Positions 1 to 9,916 of a stretch of 64,000 bases of DNA are shown here, piece by piece. The notes beneath the pieces were generated by a model. The model was not told the origin of the DNA. It was given only the letters and a program-made list of their open reading frames with translations, and did not search any database. Both the position numbers and the translations under genes were made by a program. The first letter of the stretch is position 1; every line of letters begins with the position of its first letter. This DNA is from an uncultured virus (IMG/VR IMGVR_UViG_3300009110_000302) (Duplodnaviria > Heunggongvirae > Uroviricota > Caudoviricetes): the IMG/VR virus record IMGVR_UViG_3300009110_000302, positions 1 to 64,000 of that record; one strand, 5' to 3'.

Positions 1-144
1 AGTAGCGATGACACAAATACGCCTACGCCCACGAAGAGTGTAACGCCTACGCCTTCGAGTAGCGATGACACAAATACGCCTACGCCAACGAAGACTGTAA
101 CGCCTACGCCTTCGAGTAGCGATGAGACAGATACGCCTACGCCT
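1..144 (+). repeat. 57-bp coding tandem repeat, about 2.5 copies, encoding SSDDTNTPTPTK(S/T)VTPTPS
   Basis: Near-identical units at 1-57 and 58-114, partial unit at 115-144. The period is a multiple of 3. Confidence 0.9.
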
Positions 145-2109
145 ACTGCGAGTGGCACGCCTACGGCTACTCCCTCGGCTAGCACTGTATTATACTATAA
201 ACTGTACCAATGCAAGTGTGACGAAACTAACGATACCCATCCGAGTATGCTTGGGGTTATTCCTGCGGCCGGACTTGATAGTGTTCCTAATAATCGCATT
301 ATTAAAGTTTTACAAAACGGTAATCCATCGGCAGATACCTTATGCGCGAAGCTCGTGAAGGATCCAACCACAAATCCCAATCAACTCTACGGTCGAGTAG
401 GCGCGGATTGGTATACAGGCTGCGAAACTGCGGGTTCATCTTGTTGTGCCTCGAACATATCACAGACACCTACCCCGACAGTTACTGTTACGCCCTCAAC
501 CAGCGTTCCAATGGTTTTCTGGAGATTTAAAAAATGCACGGGAAATACTGCGGGCCCGGTGGTGTATTGTTCGGTACCAGCGAGTCTATCAGGTAGGCAG
601 GCTTTGTTGAGTATAAAGGCCAAAAATGATACTGGAGATCCTATTGAAAATTGTCAAGATTGGTGCAATAAGAAATCAAGTGGCCGGCTTGAGCCAACCA
701 ATGGGTGCTTCCTATACATCAAAATTGGTACCGATGTTTATAGACTAGCAAGGGGAAGCTCTAGTACAACAAACGGAAACGGGTACTTAAGTCCAACGAG
801 CAGATTACGAGTTGTGAATCAGCCGGATCAGGATGACACATACGTAACTTTATCTGGTGTGCACACGGCTTACCACATGAAAAAACAAGGCTCTTGGGAT
901 GACGACGCCTGCTTCGGAGCAGAGAATGATAGTGCTTGTGAAATCGCCAAGAACGAACCCGCTAATTGCCCTAACCCGGTCATAAAATTTACTAGCCATC
1001 AAGATAATCTACAAGCTTGGAACTTTAATTGTGAAGACACAACCAATAAAGTTTCTGAAGCCGTGATGGCCGCGTCCGCAAACTCTATTTCAATAAAATC
1101 TCGAATAGAAATAAAAGACTCAGACAACAACGGCCTTGAAGAAGGCACGTCGCTTAACCTTAAGATCAAAACAGAGTTCTCAAATGACAATGTGAATACC
1201 CAAATGATAGAGAACGAAGACAACGGCATGACTTATTGGATGCAGTCAGGAGGAGACGCTCTTCAGCACATTGCCACGGAACCAGAAATTAAACTTCATT
1301 ACGTGAACAACGAGTGGCAAGCAGTAGACGGCCAAAGCCAAATTGATATTGTGAGAACCTACTCAAACGGCATCACTACGTTTGAGATGGAGTTAAAGCT
1401 GAATGACTGGAGAGGGTTGCTAACTCATATGAAAGATATGACCTCGAGGCCACACCCCATAAACTCTACGGAAACATTTACGCAAACAATAGAAGATAAC
1501 GGCTCTTCTGAAACGCCGACTATAACAAACGAAGGGCCGGAATTAGCCTTAACATGGCCTGTACCTAGCGTGTTTATAGCTATAAAGGGCGGCCAGAACG
1601 CATCCAATCCTTTGGAAGCGTTTGGAACTTGGATCGCAACTGAAGATAGAACAATCTGTACCAAAAGTACTGATTATGATCCGGGAGGGGCTGGTGGCAA
1701 CACCACCGCCTCGTGCGGAGACTGGGGGCAACATACTAAAGTTACAGAGCTGATAAATGTTGGAGGAGAAGGAGATCCGGGTCTTTCGTTTACTTGGGAA
1801 ACTTTGGCTACTTGCACACCAGTAGGAGACAATGAAAATCAGTGCAATTACGATGGAGCAGTGCCTACTGCGTGGACGACGGCTCTAACTCCTGTACCAC
1901 CCGCAGCGGACTTAACTTTCTGCACACAAGTGGATAGTTCTTTAACTATAAACCCAGACGGGTCAGCAGCTGGACAAGACCTAAGAGAAGGCCTTCATAA
2001 GCGTGTAATAACATATGCGGGCGTAGAGGGAGACACTGGAAATACTCAGTTTACAGCATATATGCATGTACCAAATAGCGCGGTGCAGTTTGAGGATCCC
2101 AACGGATAA
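1..2109 (+). CDS. 5'-truncated large Cys- and Pro/Thr-rich protein, probably virion-associated
   Basis: Frame 1 is open from base 1 (SSDDTNTPTPTKSVTPTPS...) into the listed 247..2109 ORF, so the gene starts before the window. PT linkers alternate with Cys-rich modules. Confidence 0.7.
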   Translation, partial: SSDDTNTPTPTKSVTPTPSSSDDTNTPTPTKTVTPTPSSSDETDTPTPTASGTPTATPSASTVLYYKLYQCKCDETNDTHPSMLGVIPAAGLDSVPNNRIIKVLQNGNPSADTLCAKLVKDPTTNPNQLYGRVGADWYTGCETAGSSCCASNISQTPTPTVTVTPSTSVPMVFWRFKKCTGNTAGPVVYCSVPASLSGRQALLSIKAKNDTGDPIENCQDWCNKKSSGRLEPTNGCFLYIKIGTDVYRLARGSSSTTNGNGYLSPTSRLRVVNQPDQDDTYVTLSGVHTAYHMKKQGSWDDDACFGAENDSACEIAKNEPANCPNPVIKFTSHQDNLQAWNFNCEDTTNKVSEAVMAASANSISIKSRIEIKDSDNNGLEEGTSLNLKIKTEFSNDNVNTQMIENEDNGMTYWMQSGGDALQHIATEPEIKLHYVNNEWQAVDGQSQIDIVRTYSNGITTFEMELKLNDWRGLLTHMKDMTSRPHPINSTETFTQTIEDNGSSETPTITNEGPELALTWPVPSVFIAIKGGQNASNPLEAFGTWIATEDRTICTKSTDYDPGGAGGNTTASCGDWGQHTKVTELINVGGEGDPGLSFTWETLATCTPVGDNENQCNYDGAVPTAWTTALTPVPPAADLTFCTQVDSSLTINPDGSAAGQDLREGLHKRVITYAGVEGDTGNTQFTAYMHVPNSAVQFEDPNG

Positions 2110-2123
2110 TATAGGATTAAAAA

Positions 2124-5100
2124 ATGTCAGTACAATTTTCAGGAACTACAGTAGAAAAGGTGGGAGCAGCGGTAGCTCTTCGTTTTATTATAGCTGTAGC
2201 GGGAGGTTATGCATATAAGGAATCAAAAACCCCAAAATTAGGTGGCAACACGACCGCCCTTGACAATTACAACCAAAAATATCCAAAAGATAAAATAATA
2301 ACCTCCAGTTTTACAAAGTTTTATAAGTCTTTAGATATTAAATTAAGCGGTGCAGAATATGAAGGTAAAAATGTACACATGGCACCAACAGAGAGGACAG
2401 ACAATACTACTAAATTAGTAATAGGTAATAAAAGTAAATTAGATCAATTAGGAGAATGGTTGGTTAATGATCACAAAAAGGACATAGAGATCACTCAAGA
2501 CCAAGGCGGGCAAAAGACGGTTTTCAAAACGACAGGCGTGAGTGATGGAGATGTAAAATTTTATATAGGTTTAGAGGTATGTTCTTATTCTCCCCAGCTA
2601 GGAGCGAATGGAAACATTAAGAATGGCAAGAACCACAAAAGTATGACTTCTCCTGCTACCGGTTTCGGCACTTATTCTGTTAAATCGTATTCGAGAAAAG
2701 CAAAAGTTCAAATTTGCATGGACTTTTGGAAATGTAAAAGTTCAGATGCGGGCCTAAAGAAGATGGGATTCACTGGAAGTGATGGGGTATATATATCGGA
2801 CGATTATTTTAAATTAACCACGGCCCTTGAAAAGAAGATTGGGACTGACGTATTCATGTATACGCATACTGAAGATGACGGCTCGGGAACTTTGAAACCC
2901 AAGGCGGTTGGTTTTTGTAAAGCGATGATTTCGGAATTTTGTGCAGTGCTGAAGGACGCGGCTGATATAGGAGATGACGAGGACCCAAGCGAATTCAAAC
3001 AGTTGGTCGAAGGGACTAATGTTGGTCAGATTGGCGGCGCAGACCTTAAATGCCCCACCAAGGAGGATAAAGCAGAGACAAGCAAGTGTGTAATTTCAGC
3101 GAAATACAAGCAGCCCATTTACGATAAGCTTGTAGAGCACATGACTGCCTCAGGGTTTACTACGATACTTCCGGGTTCTTTTAAGCCGTGCAGCGTTGTG
3201 AGAAATACTAATGCCGGAGGCAACAATTACCAATATGAGTTTTTCGGTTACGAGATAACCGGAGAGTATGCAAAGATCTCTACTATAGCTTCAGAGTCTG
3301 TAAAGATATGGGAGATTGGAGGAGATGCTCCCGGTGGCAAAATTCGCCTGCTCCCAATTGTGCCGAAGTCTCTTAAGAAAGACCCAAAAACGGGGGCGTA
3401 TTCTTACGACACAGTTAAGAACTTGGCGTTTGCCACGACCGTTAAAGATTTAGAGAGATTAAATAAAGACTTTGCGGAGGAGGAGTATAAATTTACTGCA
3501 GAAATTTACGCGAACCTTATTAGGGAAACAACTTATCAAATGGCTGAAGTGTGGCATCAAACCGCGCAGCTAACCTTAAATGATCCTCGTGAAGAGAAAG
3601 ACCATATTAATGCTAAAATTATAAAGGATAAAATTTACGATAATGGAGGGCAGGAGCATGACGCCTTTTTACAGGGGACTAAATTAGATATGAAAGGGTT
3701 TTTATTTAACTCTTTTTCTACCTTTATAGGTAACGCAGGTATAAAATTCGGCACCAACAAAGTTAAATTCCAATCAGATATTGTAGCAAGAGAGCTTACC
3801 GAGGATGCAGAAGGTAACACGGAGTCTGGTGAGCCTTTCACTTGGACTGCTACTTCATCCATTACTATCGAAGACTTAATGAGCTTCATAAAATCTGACG
3901 ATGGAGAAGACAAGGTGCTACTCGACCCTGAAACAGGGAAACCGATAATCGACCCCGAAACAGGGAAAGAAAAGCGGGGTCGCGTTATGAGTAAAAGCGC
4001 CTTCAAAGATAAGCTCCAGATAAATCTACCGACCGTTAAGGATGGCGCATATGATATCGATGATATATCATTTTCTTATGATTTTACATGGTGGAATAAC
4101 TGGAAATTTACATTAGATGTAGATAAAGACGTTAAGAGCTGGGAGGATGTTGGTTTAAAAGGTGTGTGGGATATAGAAGACGGTAAAGAGCTTACTATTT
4201 CTAAGACCGCTGGCGGAAATAAATATGGTCTAGATATGAGTTGGAGGATAGATGCTACGAACCCAGAAACCTATAATCAAAAAGGTCTTCAAAATATTAT
4301 TAGTATTCTAGACAAGGCGGTGGTTAAAAGCGGCATATGTTTTGACGCAGACACTGGAGAAGTAGAGTTCACTGCTGGGATGTCGAAGAAGCTAGCTGAA
4401 GGAATAAACGCCTCTATATCACTAACTGACGCAAATATTACCGCTGACTTTGACAAAAAGTATAAATACGGTCGGTACGGCCAGTTAGATATTGGGTTTA
4501 CCGGTGGGTTTGGTAAGTCCTTTGATCTGTTTAATAAAGGGGCGAAAGAGAAGGAGACAGATGGGGGTGACAACCTCGGTGGGGAAAACGTATACGATAC
4601 GGGTTACTACGATGCTAACCTAAATTTAGACTTCAATGTTAATTTATTTAGAGTCGCCAATAATTTAGGACGTATAGTTTTTGATGTTAGTGCTGCGACA
4701 AGCTTAACTCAAGCTTCTGGAGTAGTTCGAGGTATTTCTTTAACAAGCGTTATTCAGTGGAAACTCACTTACCAGAATAATATTTGCTCCACCCTTTTAG
4801 GTCTGCCAGCGAACGTTCACCCACATATAGGAGGGACTATAGGCTTTACGATGCAAGATGTGGAAAGCTCATATTGGGGCACCAAGTATAGCGGGTATAA
4901 AATGACCATAGGTACAGGATTGTTTGGGATAAGCATTGTTGAGCACTCAAGGAAAGACGTTATTGAAGATATAATAGAAAGAAAAAGATACGGGAAACTT
5001 CAATTTTTCGGAGCAGGACTTCTCGAAGTTTTTGATTTTTTTGGGTGGGTTACAGACGAAGAAACGGATGAAGATTACATAGCGAGAGCATGGCCTTGCT

Positions 5101-8100
5101 TGGTTTACAACGTGATAAATTGGCAAAGGGAAGATTATGACAAACAGTTACAAGACGACGTTAAGACCCTTAAGCAGAGAGTAGATTTAAGTGGTTGCGA
5201 AATATTAAAGAGTACTCCGGGAGTAGGTAAAAGTTTCCAAGATTTTTATCAGGAACAATACGGAGCGTGTTATCCTTGCTTGGGCGAAGTAGCAGATGCA
5301 TTCTACAACGGGGGTAGTCATTACCAATTACAGCGCTATGGTTTAGAGCCCGGCTCATACAAGCAGAGCGTCCTCATGGGTCCGAACTCCACGGGTGCTG
5401 CGGCAGGGGAACCTAGTGATAGATGGTATCATTGGACGAAAATCGATATCCTTTCGGGCGCCATAGGAGGCAAGGCTTATTTTGATACGAGGCCCGGTCT
5501 TGTAGATACGGGCGAAAGAAGGCCCGAGGTAAAGATTCCGCTTTCAGCTAAGACGGGAGATTGGATAAATCAAAATGGAGTTATTCTGAGTGGGAAGTTA
5601 GTTCGTCAAGTTCGTGGGTTCAACTCTTTTTGGGGCTGTCCCATTATAGCTGGAGAAACCAAGTGCCAGAATCCTTTGGACGGATTTCCCAACATGCCAG
5701 CAGACGGTTCTATGTGGGGTTCTTCTTACGCAGGAGGAAACACCGGCTTCCTCAACAGCGCATGCTTTGCGTTTATGTATATGATGAGAGAGATTATAGA
5801 GTTTAGAGCTCCCTTAGGCTATTGCGATAAAAAGAACACTAGTGACTGCGAACCTTGTGAAAGTTTAATAGAGAAATGGAAGCTTAATGAAATACGTACA
5901 GGGCAAACTAATGCTATTAAGTTGGGAATCCAAGGGTCATTAATTCAGAAAAAGGAGCTTTTAGCAGACGAGCTAGATGGATTAACTAAAGAGAGGAGCA
6001 TTTCTAATACTCTCTTTGAGGCATTCTCTACAAAATTATTTAAAAACGACGATGTTCGGGGTAAGGGTGCTGCAAACGTCAGAGGTTTCACGTTTGACAC
6101 GATGAAATACTTAGAGGGCGGAGATGATCACTACCCTAGAAACTCTTTATATCAGGAAACCATTGATAGAGAGACCGGAAAGGTTAAAATGGTAGGTTGG
6201 ATGCCAAAGGGGCCGAATGGCGAGCCTTGGTTGGATTCAATTCATGAAGTTACAAATTTTGATGGAAGTACTAGAAGAATGAAAATGCTTTCTGCGCACG
6301 CGGTAGAAATGGCAATCAAGCAGCGCAAAAACCCTACGAGGGAAGACGAAGAAGAAAACAGCGAAGAAAGTGCGCTGATCAATTTGCATACAGATCCGGT
6401 TTGGGGACTGGTTAAATGTTACTTTACCTACATGGCTCCGCTGGGGCCTGCCGAAAGAACAAAAGTAGTGGAAGATGGTGTATACCCAGAAGGCCACCCT
6501 GAAGCCGGAAGCAAAAAATACAAGGTAGAAGAGGACCCTCTCTTCCTTTTACCTTACAATCCGAACACTCCGGAGGCGATCGCAAAAAGAAAAGAGATAA
6601 GAGCGAGAAACGCAAGCCTGTCGTCGGGATTGGAAGCGTTTGAGCAGCAAGATGATGGTGATTATATTCTCTACAACAATGATAACATTCCCAATGGGCC
6701 GGATGGGAAACCTCTCTTTGCAGATCCCGGGCAGTGGCCCACAATAAGAGATAAGTTCGGTAATTTATCTGTAGAAGTATATAAAGATTATCGAGCAGGG
6801 TGGGTATATAGAAGGCGTAATCCAGACGGAACCGTTGGCGAGATTGAATGGGTCGTCCCCTGTGTACAAGCATATAAGCATACGCATAAAATAGGCAAGG
6901 TGGGGAAACTTGGGAAGGTGTTTGACGCCGTAATAAAGCTTGCGTCAAGCGGTAGAAATCATGCCGTTACTGACGTTTGCGGCTTCCATAAAAACGACAG
7001 GGCGGGCTGGAGAAGAGTGGTGGGATGGTTTGGAGGAATTTGGAATTTTATTAAGAATCTTTTTGTAGGTAGTAGTCAACAATTTTATCGTAATTTGCCT
7101 TGGGTATACTTGGATAACAAGAATTACGTAGCCAATATAAACGAGGGAGAGGTCCCGCGGATCATCCCCCTCAATTTAAACAGAGGCAAGTTCAGGTATT
7201 TCCCCAAAGGGGCGGAAGAGGACGAATCAGAGCTTCCGTCGCCACAAACCATGATGCTAGAGGGTGTTCAGCACGGTCTTTATCGAGATTCAGACCGCAT
7301 AAGTTATCAAGAATGCCCGTGGAAAGGAAACCCGGCTTCTAGTTATTTAGATTTTTATGAGTTTATGGAGTACGTGCAGAGAGACGCGTTGCAATACTTT
7401 TTCCCAGAGATACTTGGGATGGTAACGTCGGAAGATATTAATAGATTTTGTATTACGAAAGAAAACTCAATTAAGATATTCGGTTACTTCCCTAACAGCA
7501 TCATTTTAATTGGATGTAAAAAGTGTGACACGTGTACGACCAGAGCACCCGTGGACGGAGCCTCAGTGCCTTGGCCAGAAGCGGTAGGATTAAGATCGAT
7601 GCTTGGTCCTCATGATAACCCAAGCACGGATTTAACAGTAACCTTAGATAAGAGTTTAGGATACATAGCAAAAAGAACTTGGCCAGCTTGGCAAAATCTT
7701 CAGTTTAGCGAAACCTCGACATTCGTCTTTGAGGAATCATCCACGGAAGAGCAGAAGCTAGAGGAGCGACAAACAAAAACTTTCGATTCTCTAAGAGACA
7801 AATATGATTTCATCATGAAAAGGCTGAATTATTTAAATGCCTTCTCTGATTCTTCAGCAAAAGTTTTTGGAGATTCGTCTGTAACTATGCCTTTCCCAGA
7901 GAAGAAAGAGTTTTGGTATCCAAATTATACGGCTGAGAATAGAGTAAAGTTCGTTTATGAGAAGGGTGAATCTATTTCTAGCATTGGCGAACAAGCCTCT
8001 TTAGTAGGTATTCTGACAGACTATTCATCAACAAAGTTATCAGAATATAATCCCAACTTGAAATCTATCCAATTTGATTTTGAGCTTATTGCTTCTGATC

Positions 8101-9878
8101 CTAAATACGTAGAGCAAAGAGGAGCAACATACAAACATAAATTTACTGATTATCGTATAGCTCCTGATAGTTCTTCGATCGGCTCCGTAGCGGGTCAAGG
8201 CTGTGTAGGAAAAGGTTCCAGTAACGTAGTTAATAACAATACAGGAGGAAGGTATTGCACCACTTCTGCTATAGCTAAAGACGTTAACGATTTGGTAGCC
8301 TTAACCAAGCCTATTGCGACAGACTTTATTGAAACTGCGGGTGGCTTAATGCATGACGAGGGTGCCTTAGGACTGGGATACTTAGATCCGAATGGACACG
8401 GAGACGGCTTGTCGGCCGGATCAAAGATAGTAAGACAGCCTACCGAAAACGATTGGTCTAATTTTGTAGCAGTACAACAACAGATCGGGCAAACCGCCGT
8501 GCTGAATTACCCAATGGACGAAGCGCTAAGATTTATGGGCGCACCGTATTATTGTTTCCCAGACTTTACTGCAGAATACATGACCAGTAGCCTTAGTCTT
8601 TTTGAGAAATTTATTCCTCTTTACGGACACGTAAGCTGGCTCTTTGATAAAGATAACCTAGATAATTTAACTAAACAAGAAAAGCAGAATAAGGCTTGGT
8701 TTTATAATTACGTTAGAAACGATATAGACGCGTCAGCGCTCTTATTCCGCATAAAGATGACTCCTTGGAGGAACATGGCTTTAGATGTTTTAATAAGTTA
8801 TTGGCAAGGCAAAATACACGAAACAGATTTGGTTTGGCACCTTAATAAGAGACTTTTCCCGTTGATATATACCATGAACAAAACTTCTCCCATATTTATA
8901 CCTAAAGCACAGGAAACAGCTTTCCTAGGCAGTAAGTATCTGGGTCTTCGTTTCTTTCTTTCAGAAATACCAAATGTCGTAAAGGGCGGGTATCGTACAA
9001 GTGCTCATGATACTCATTGCCCTCGTCAAGGGATTTCGTGGAGTTATTTCCAAGGATCTCGGTGGTCTGGCAATAGGTGGAAAAATCAGGGCTTACGAAA
9101 AGAGAACTTTGCTAGGCAAGAAGGGCGAGTAGTCATAGAGGACGATTTAATATATATGCATAGGAATAATGTTTTAGCGTTATTGTTTGGGGTTGGGAAT
9201 GTTGAGCAATTCATCAAGGAAGGCAGAAGGGCGAACAGAATTGAAGATCACATATATAACTGGTGTTCGGCTAGTTATGCTCTATTTAGAATGCAAGTAA
9301 ATGCTGATGAGTCTATTTATGCAGGCTACAATGCAAATAATCCAAATTCTACAGTTAATGTTAAGCCAGAGGAACATCAGCACCCTATCGAAGTTGGACT
9401 TATTAACGCTATGACAAGATCTTTTCATGATGGCTCCACCGACCCACTTGGCGGCGCTTTGTCTAGTTGTTTTCAAAGGCCTTTTGGAAGGGATAGATAT
9501 AACGTTTTTCATCCACGTAATCCGGGCAGTGTGTTTACCAGCAGTGGCTTTGCTACGTATAAAAGCAAATACGGCAACGACCTTCATTTTCATAATATAT
9601 TTTATTCAGGAGAAAAAATAAGAAGGACGACGCCCGCAAATTGGAGGATCCAAGATAATGATAAAAAGATCGAGACAATTTATGGTTTTCCCAATAACAG
9701 AAGCGAAGATTGGGTGGAATATCAGTTCAGGGGCAACGGAGCGATGACTACATATATAGGAGATCCTCAAAGGATTGCTGTCCCCACGGACGCTTCTCAT
9801 TCCGGAATTACGACCTTGCCTCCGAAAACCGCGGAGGAGATCGGAAAAATTAGTCGGAAAACGGGTCAAAAAAAATAA
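2124..9878 (+). CDS. Giant 2584-aa protein of unknown function, possibly structural or ejected
   Basis: Uninterrupted 7.7-kb ORF with no catalytic motif I recognise; it follows a probable virion gene. Confidence 0.6.
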   Translation: MSVQFSGTTVEKVGAAVALRFIIAVAGGYAYKESKTPKLGGNTTALDNYNQKYPKDKIITSSFTKFYKSLDIKLSGAEYEGKNVHMAPTERTDNTTKLVIGNKSKLDQLGEWLVNDHKKDIEITQDQGGQKTVFKTTGVSDGDVKFYIGLEVCSYSPQLGANGNIKNGKNHKSMTSPATGFGTYSVKSYSRKAKVQICMDFWKCKSSDAGLKKMGFTGSDGVYISDDYFKLTTALEKKIGTDVFMYTHTEDDGSGTLKPKAVGFCKAMISEFCAVLKDAADIGDDEDPSEFKQLVEGTNVGQIGGADLKCPTKEDKAETSKCVISAKYKQPIYDKLVEHMTASGFTTILPGSFKPCSVVRNTNAGGNNYQYEFFGYEITGEYAKISTIASESVKIWEIGGDAPGGKIRLLPIVPKSLKKDPKTGAYSYDTVKNLAFATTVKDLERLNKDFAEEEYKFTAEIYANLIRETTYQMAEVWHQTAQLTLNDPREEKDHINAKIIKDKIYDNGGQEHDAFLQGTKLDMKGFLFNSFSTFIGNAGIKFGTNKVKFQSDIVARELTEDAEGNTESGEPFTWTATSSITIEDLMSFIKSDDGEDKVLLDPETGKPIIDPETGKEKRGRVMSKSAFKDKLQINLPTVKDGAYDIDDISFSYDFTWWNNWKFTLDVDKDVKSWEDVGLKGVWDIEDGKELTISKTAGGNKYGLDMSWRIDATNPETYNQKGLQNIISILDKAVVKSGICFDADTGEVEFTAGMSKKLAEGINASISLTDANITADFDKKYKYGRYGQLDIGFTGGFGKSFDLFNKGAKEKETDGGDNLGGENVYDTGYYDANLNLDFNVNLFRVANNLGRIVFDVSAATSLTQASGVVRGISLTSVIQWKLTYQNNICSTLLGLPANVHPHIGGTIGFTMQDVESSYWGTKYSGYKMTIGTGLFGISIVEHSRKDVIEDIIERKRYGKLQFFGAGLLEVFDFFGWVTDEETDEDYIARAWPCLVYNVINWQREDYDKQLQDDVKTLKQRVDLSGCEILKSTPGVGKSFQDFYQEQYGACYPCLGEVADAFYNGGSHYQLQRYGLEPGSYKQSVLMGPNSTGAAAGEPSDRWYHWTKIDILSGAIGGKAYFDTRPGLVDTGERRPEVKIPLSAKTGDWINQNGVILSGKLVRQVRGFNSFWGCPIIAGETKCQNPLDGFPNMPADGSMWGSSYAGGNTGFLNSACFAFMYMMREIIEFRAPLGYCDKKNTSDCEPCESLIEKWKLNEIRTGQTNAIKLGIQGSLIQKKELLADELDGLTKERSISNTLFEAFSTKLFKNDDVRGKGAANVRGFTFDTMKYLEGGDDHYPRNSLYQETIDRETGKVKMVGWMPKGPNGEPWLDSIHEVTNFDGSTRRMKMLSAHAVEMAIKQRKNPTREDEEENSEESALINLHTDPVWGLVKCYFTYMAPLGPAERTKVVEDGVYPEGHPEAGSKKYKVEEDPLFLLPYNPNTPEAIAKRKEIRARNASLSSGLEAFEQQDDGDYILYNNDNIPNGPDGKPLFADPGQWPTIRDKFGNLSVEVYKDYRAGWVYRRRNPDGTVGEIEWVVPCVQAYKHTHKIGKVGKLGKVFDAVIKLASSGRNHAVTDVCGFHKNDRAGWRRVVGWFGGIWNFIKNLFVGSSQQFYRNLPWVYLDNKNYVANINEGEVPRIIPLNLNRGKFRYFPKGAEEDESELPSPQTMMLEGVQHGLYRDSDRISYQECPWKGNPASSYLDFYEFMEYVQRDALQYFFPEILGMVTSEDINRFCITKENSIKIFGYFPNSIILIGCKKCDTCTTRAPVDGASVPWPEAVGLRSMLGPHDNPSTDLTVTLDKSLGYIAKRTWPAWQNLQFSETSTFVFEESSTEEQKLEERQTKTFDSLRDKYDFIMKRLNYLNAFSDSSAKVFGDSSVTMPFPEKKEFWYPNYTAENRVKFVYEKGESISSIGEQASLVGILTDYSSTKLSEYNPNLKSIQFDFELIASDPKYVEQRGATYKHKFTDYRIAPDSSSIGSVAGQGCVGKGSSNVVNNNTGGRYCTTSAIAKDVNDLVALTKPIATDFIETAGGLMHDEGALGLGYLDPNGHGDGLSAGSKIVRQPTENDWSNFVAVQQQIGQTAVLNYPMDEALRFMGAPYYCFPDFTAEYMTSSLSLFEKFIPLYGHVSWLFDKDNLDNLTKQEKQNKAWFYNYVRNDIDASALLFRIKMTPWRNMALDVLISYWQGKIHETDLVWHLNKRLFPLIYTMNKTSPIFIPKAQETAFLGSKYLGLRFFLSEIPNVVKGGYRTSAHDTHCPRQGISWSYFQGSRWSGNRWKNQGLRKENFARQEGRVVIEDDLIYMHRNNVLALLFGVGNVEQFIKEGRRANRIEDHIYNWCSASYALFRMQVNADESIYAGYNANNPNSTVNVKPEEHQHPIEVGLINAMTRSFHDGSTDPLGGALSSCFQRPFGRDRYNVFHPRNPGSVFTSSGFATYKSKYGNDLHFHNIFYSGEKIRRTTPANWRIQDNDKKIETIYGFPNNRSEDWVEYQFRGNGAMTTYIGDPQRIAVPTDASHSGITTLPPKTAEEIGKISRKTGQKK
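3922..3968 (+). repeat. Short coding duplication (DPETGK twice, 27-bp period)
   Basis: tcgacc(c)(t/c)gaaacagggaaa at 3922-3941 and 3949-3968. Confidence 0.7.
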
Positions 9879-9882
9879 GCCA

Positions 9883-9911
9883 TTGCTTTCTTCGTTTAAT
9901 GTTGCTACATT
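9883..9911 (+). promoter_or_regulatory. sigma70-like promoter for the replication operon, likely leaderless
   Basis: TTGCTT-N17-TACATT with an extended -10 TG; ATG at 9917 is 5 nt downstream. Confidence 0.55.
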
Positions 9912-9916
9912 CAGGC

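Noticed and set aside
1..180. Repeats as a CRISPR array
   Set aside because: The units are contiguous 57-bp in-frame coding repeats with no unique spacers.
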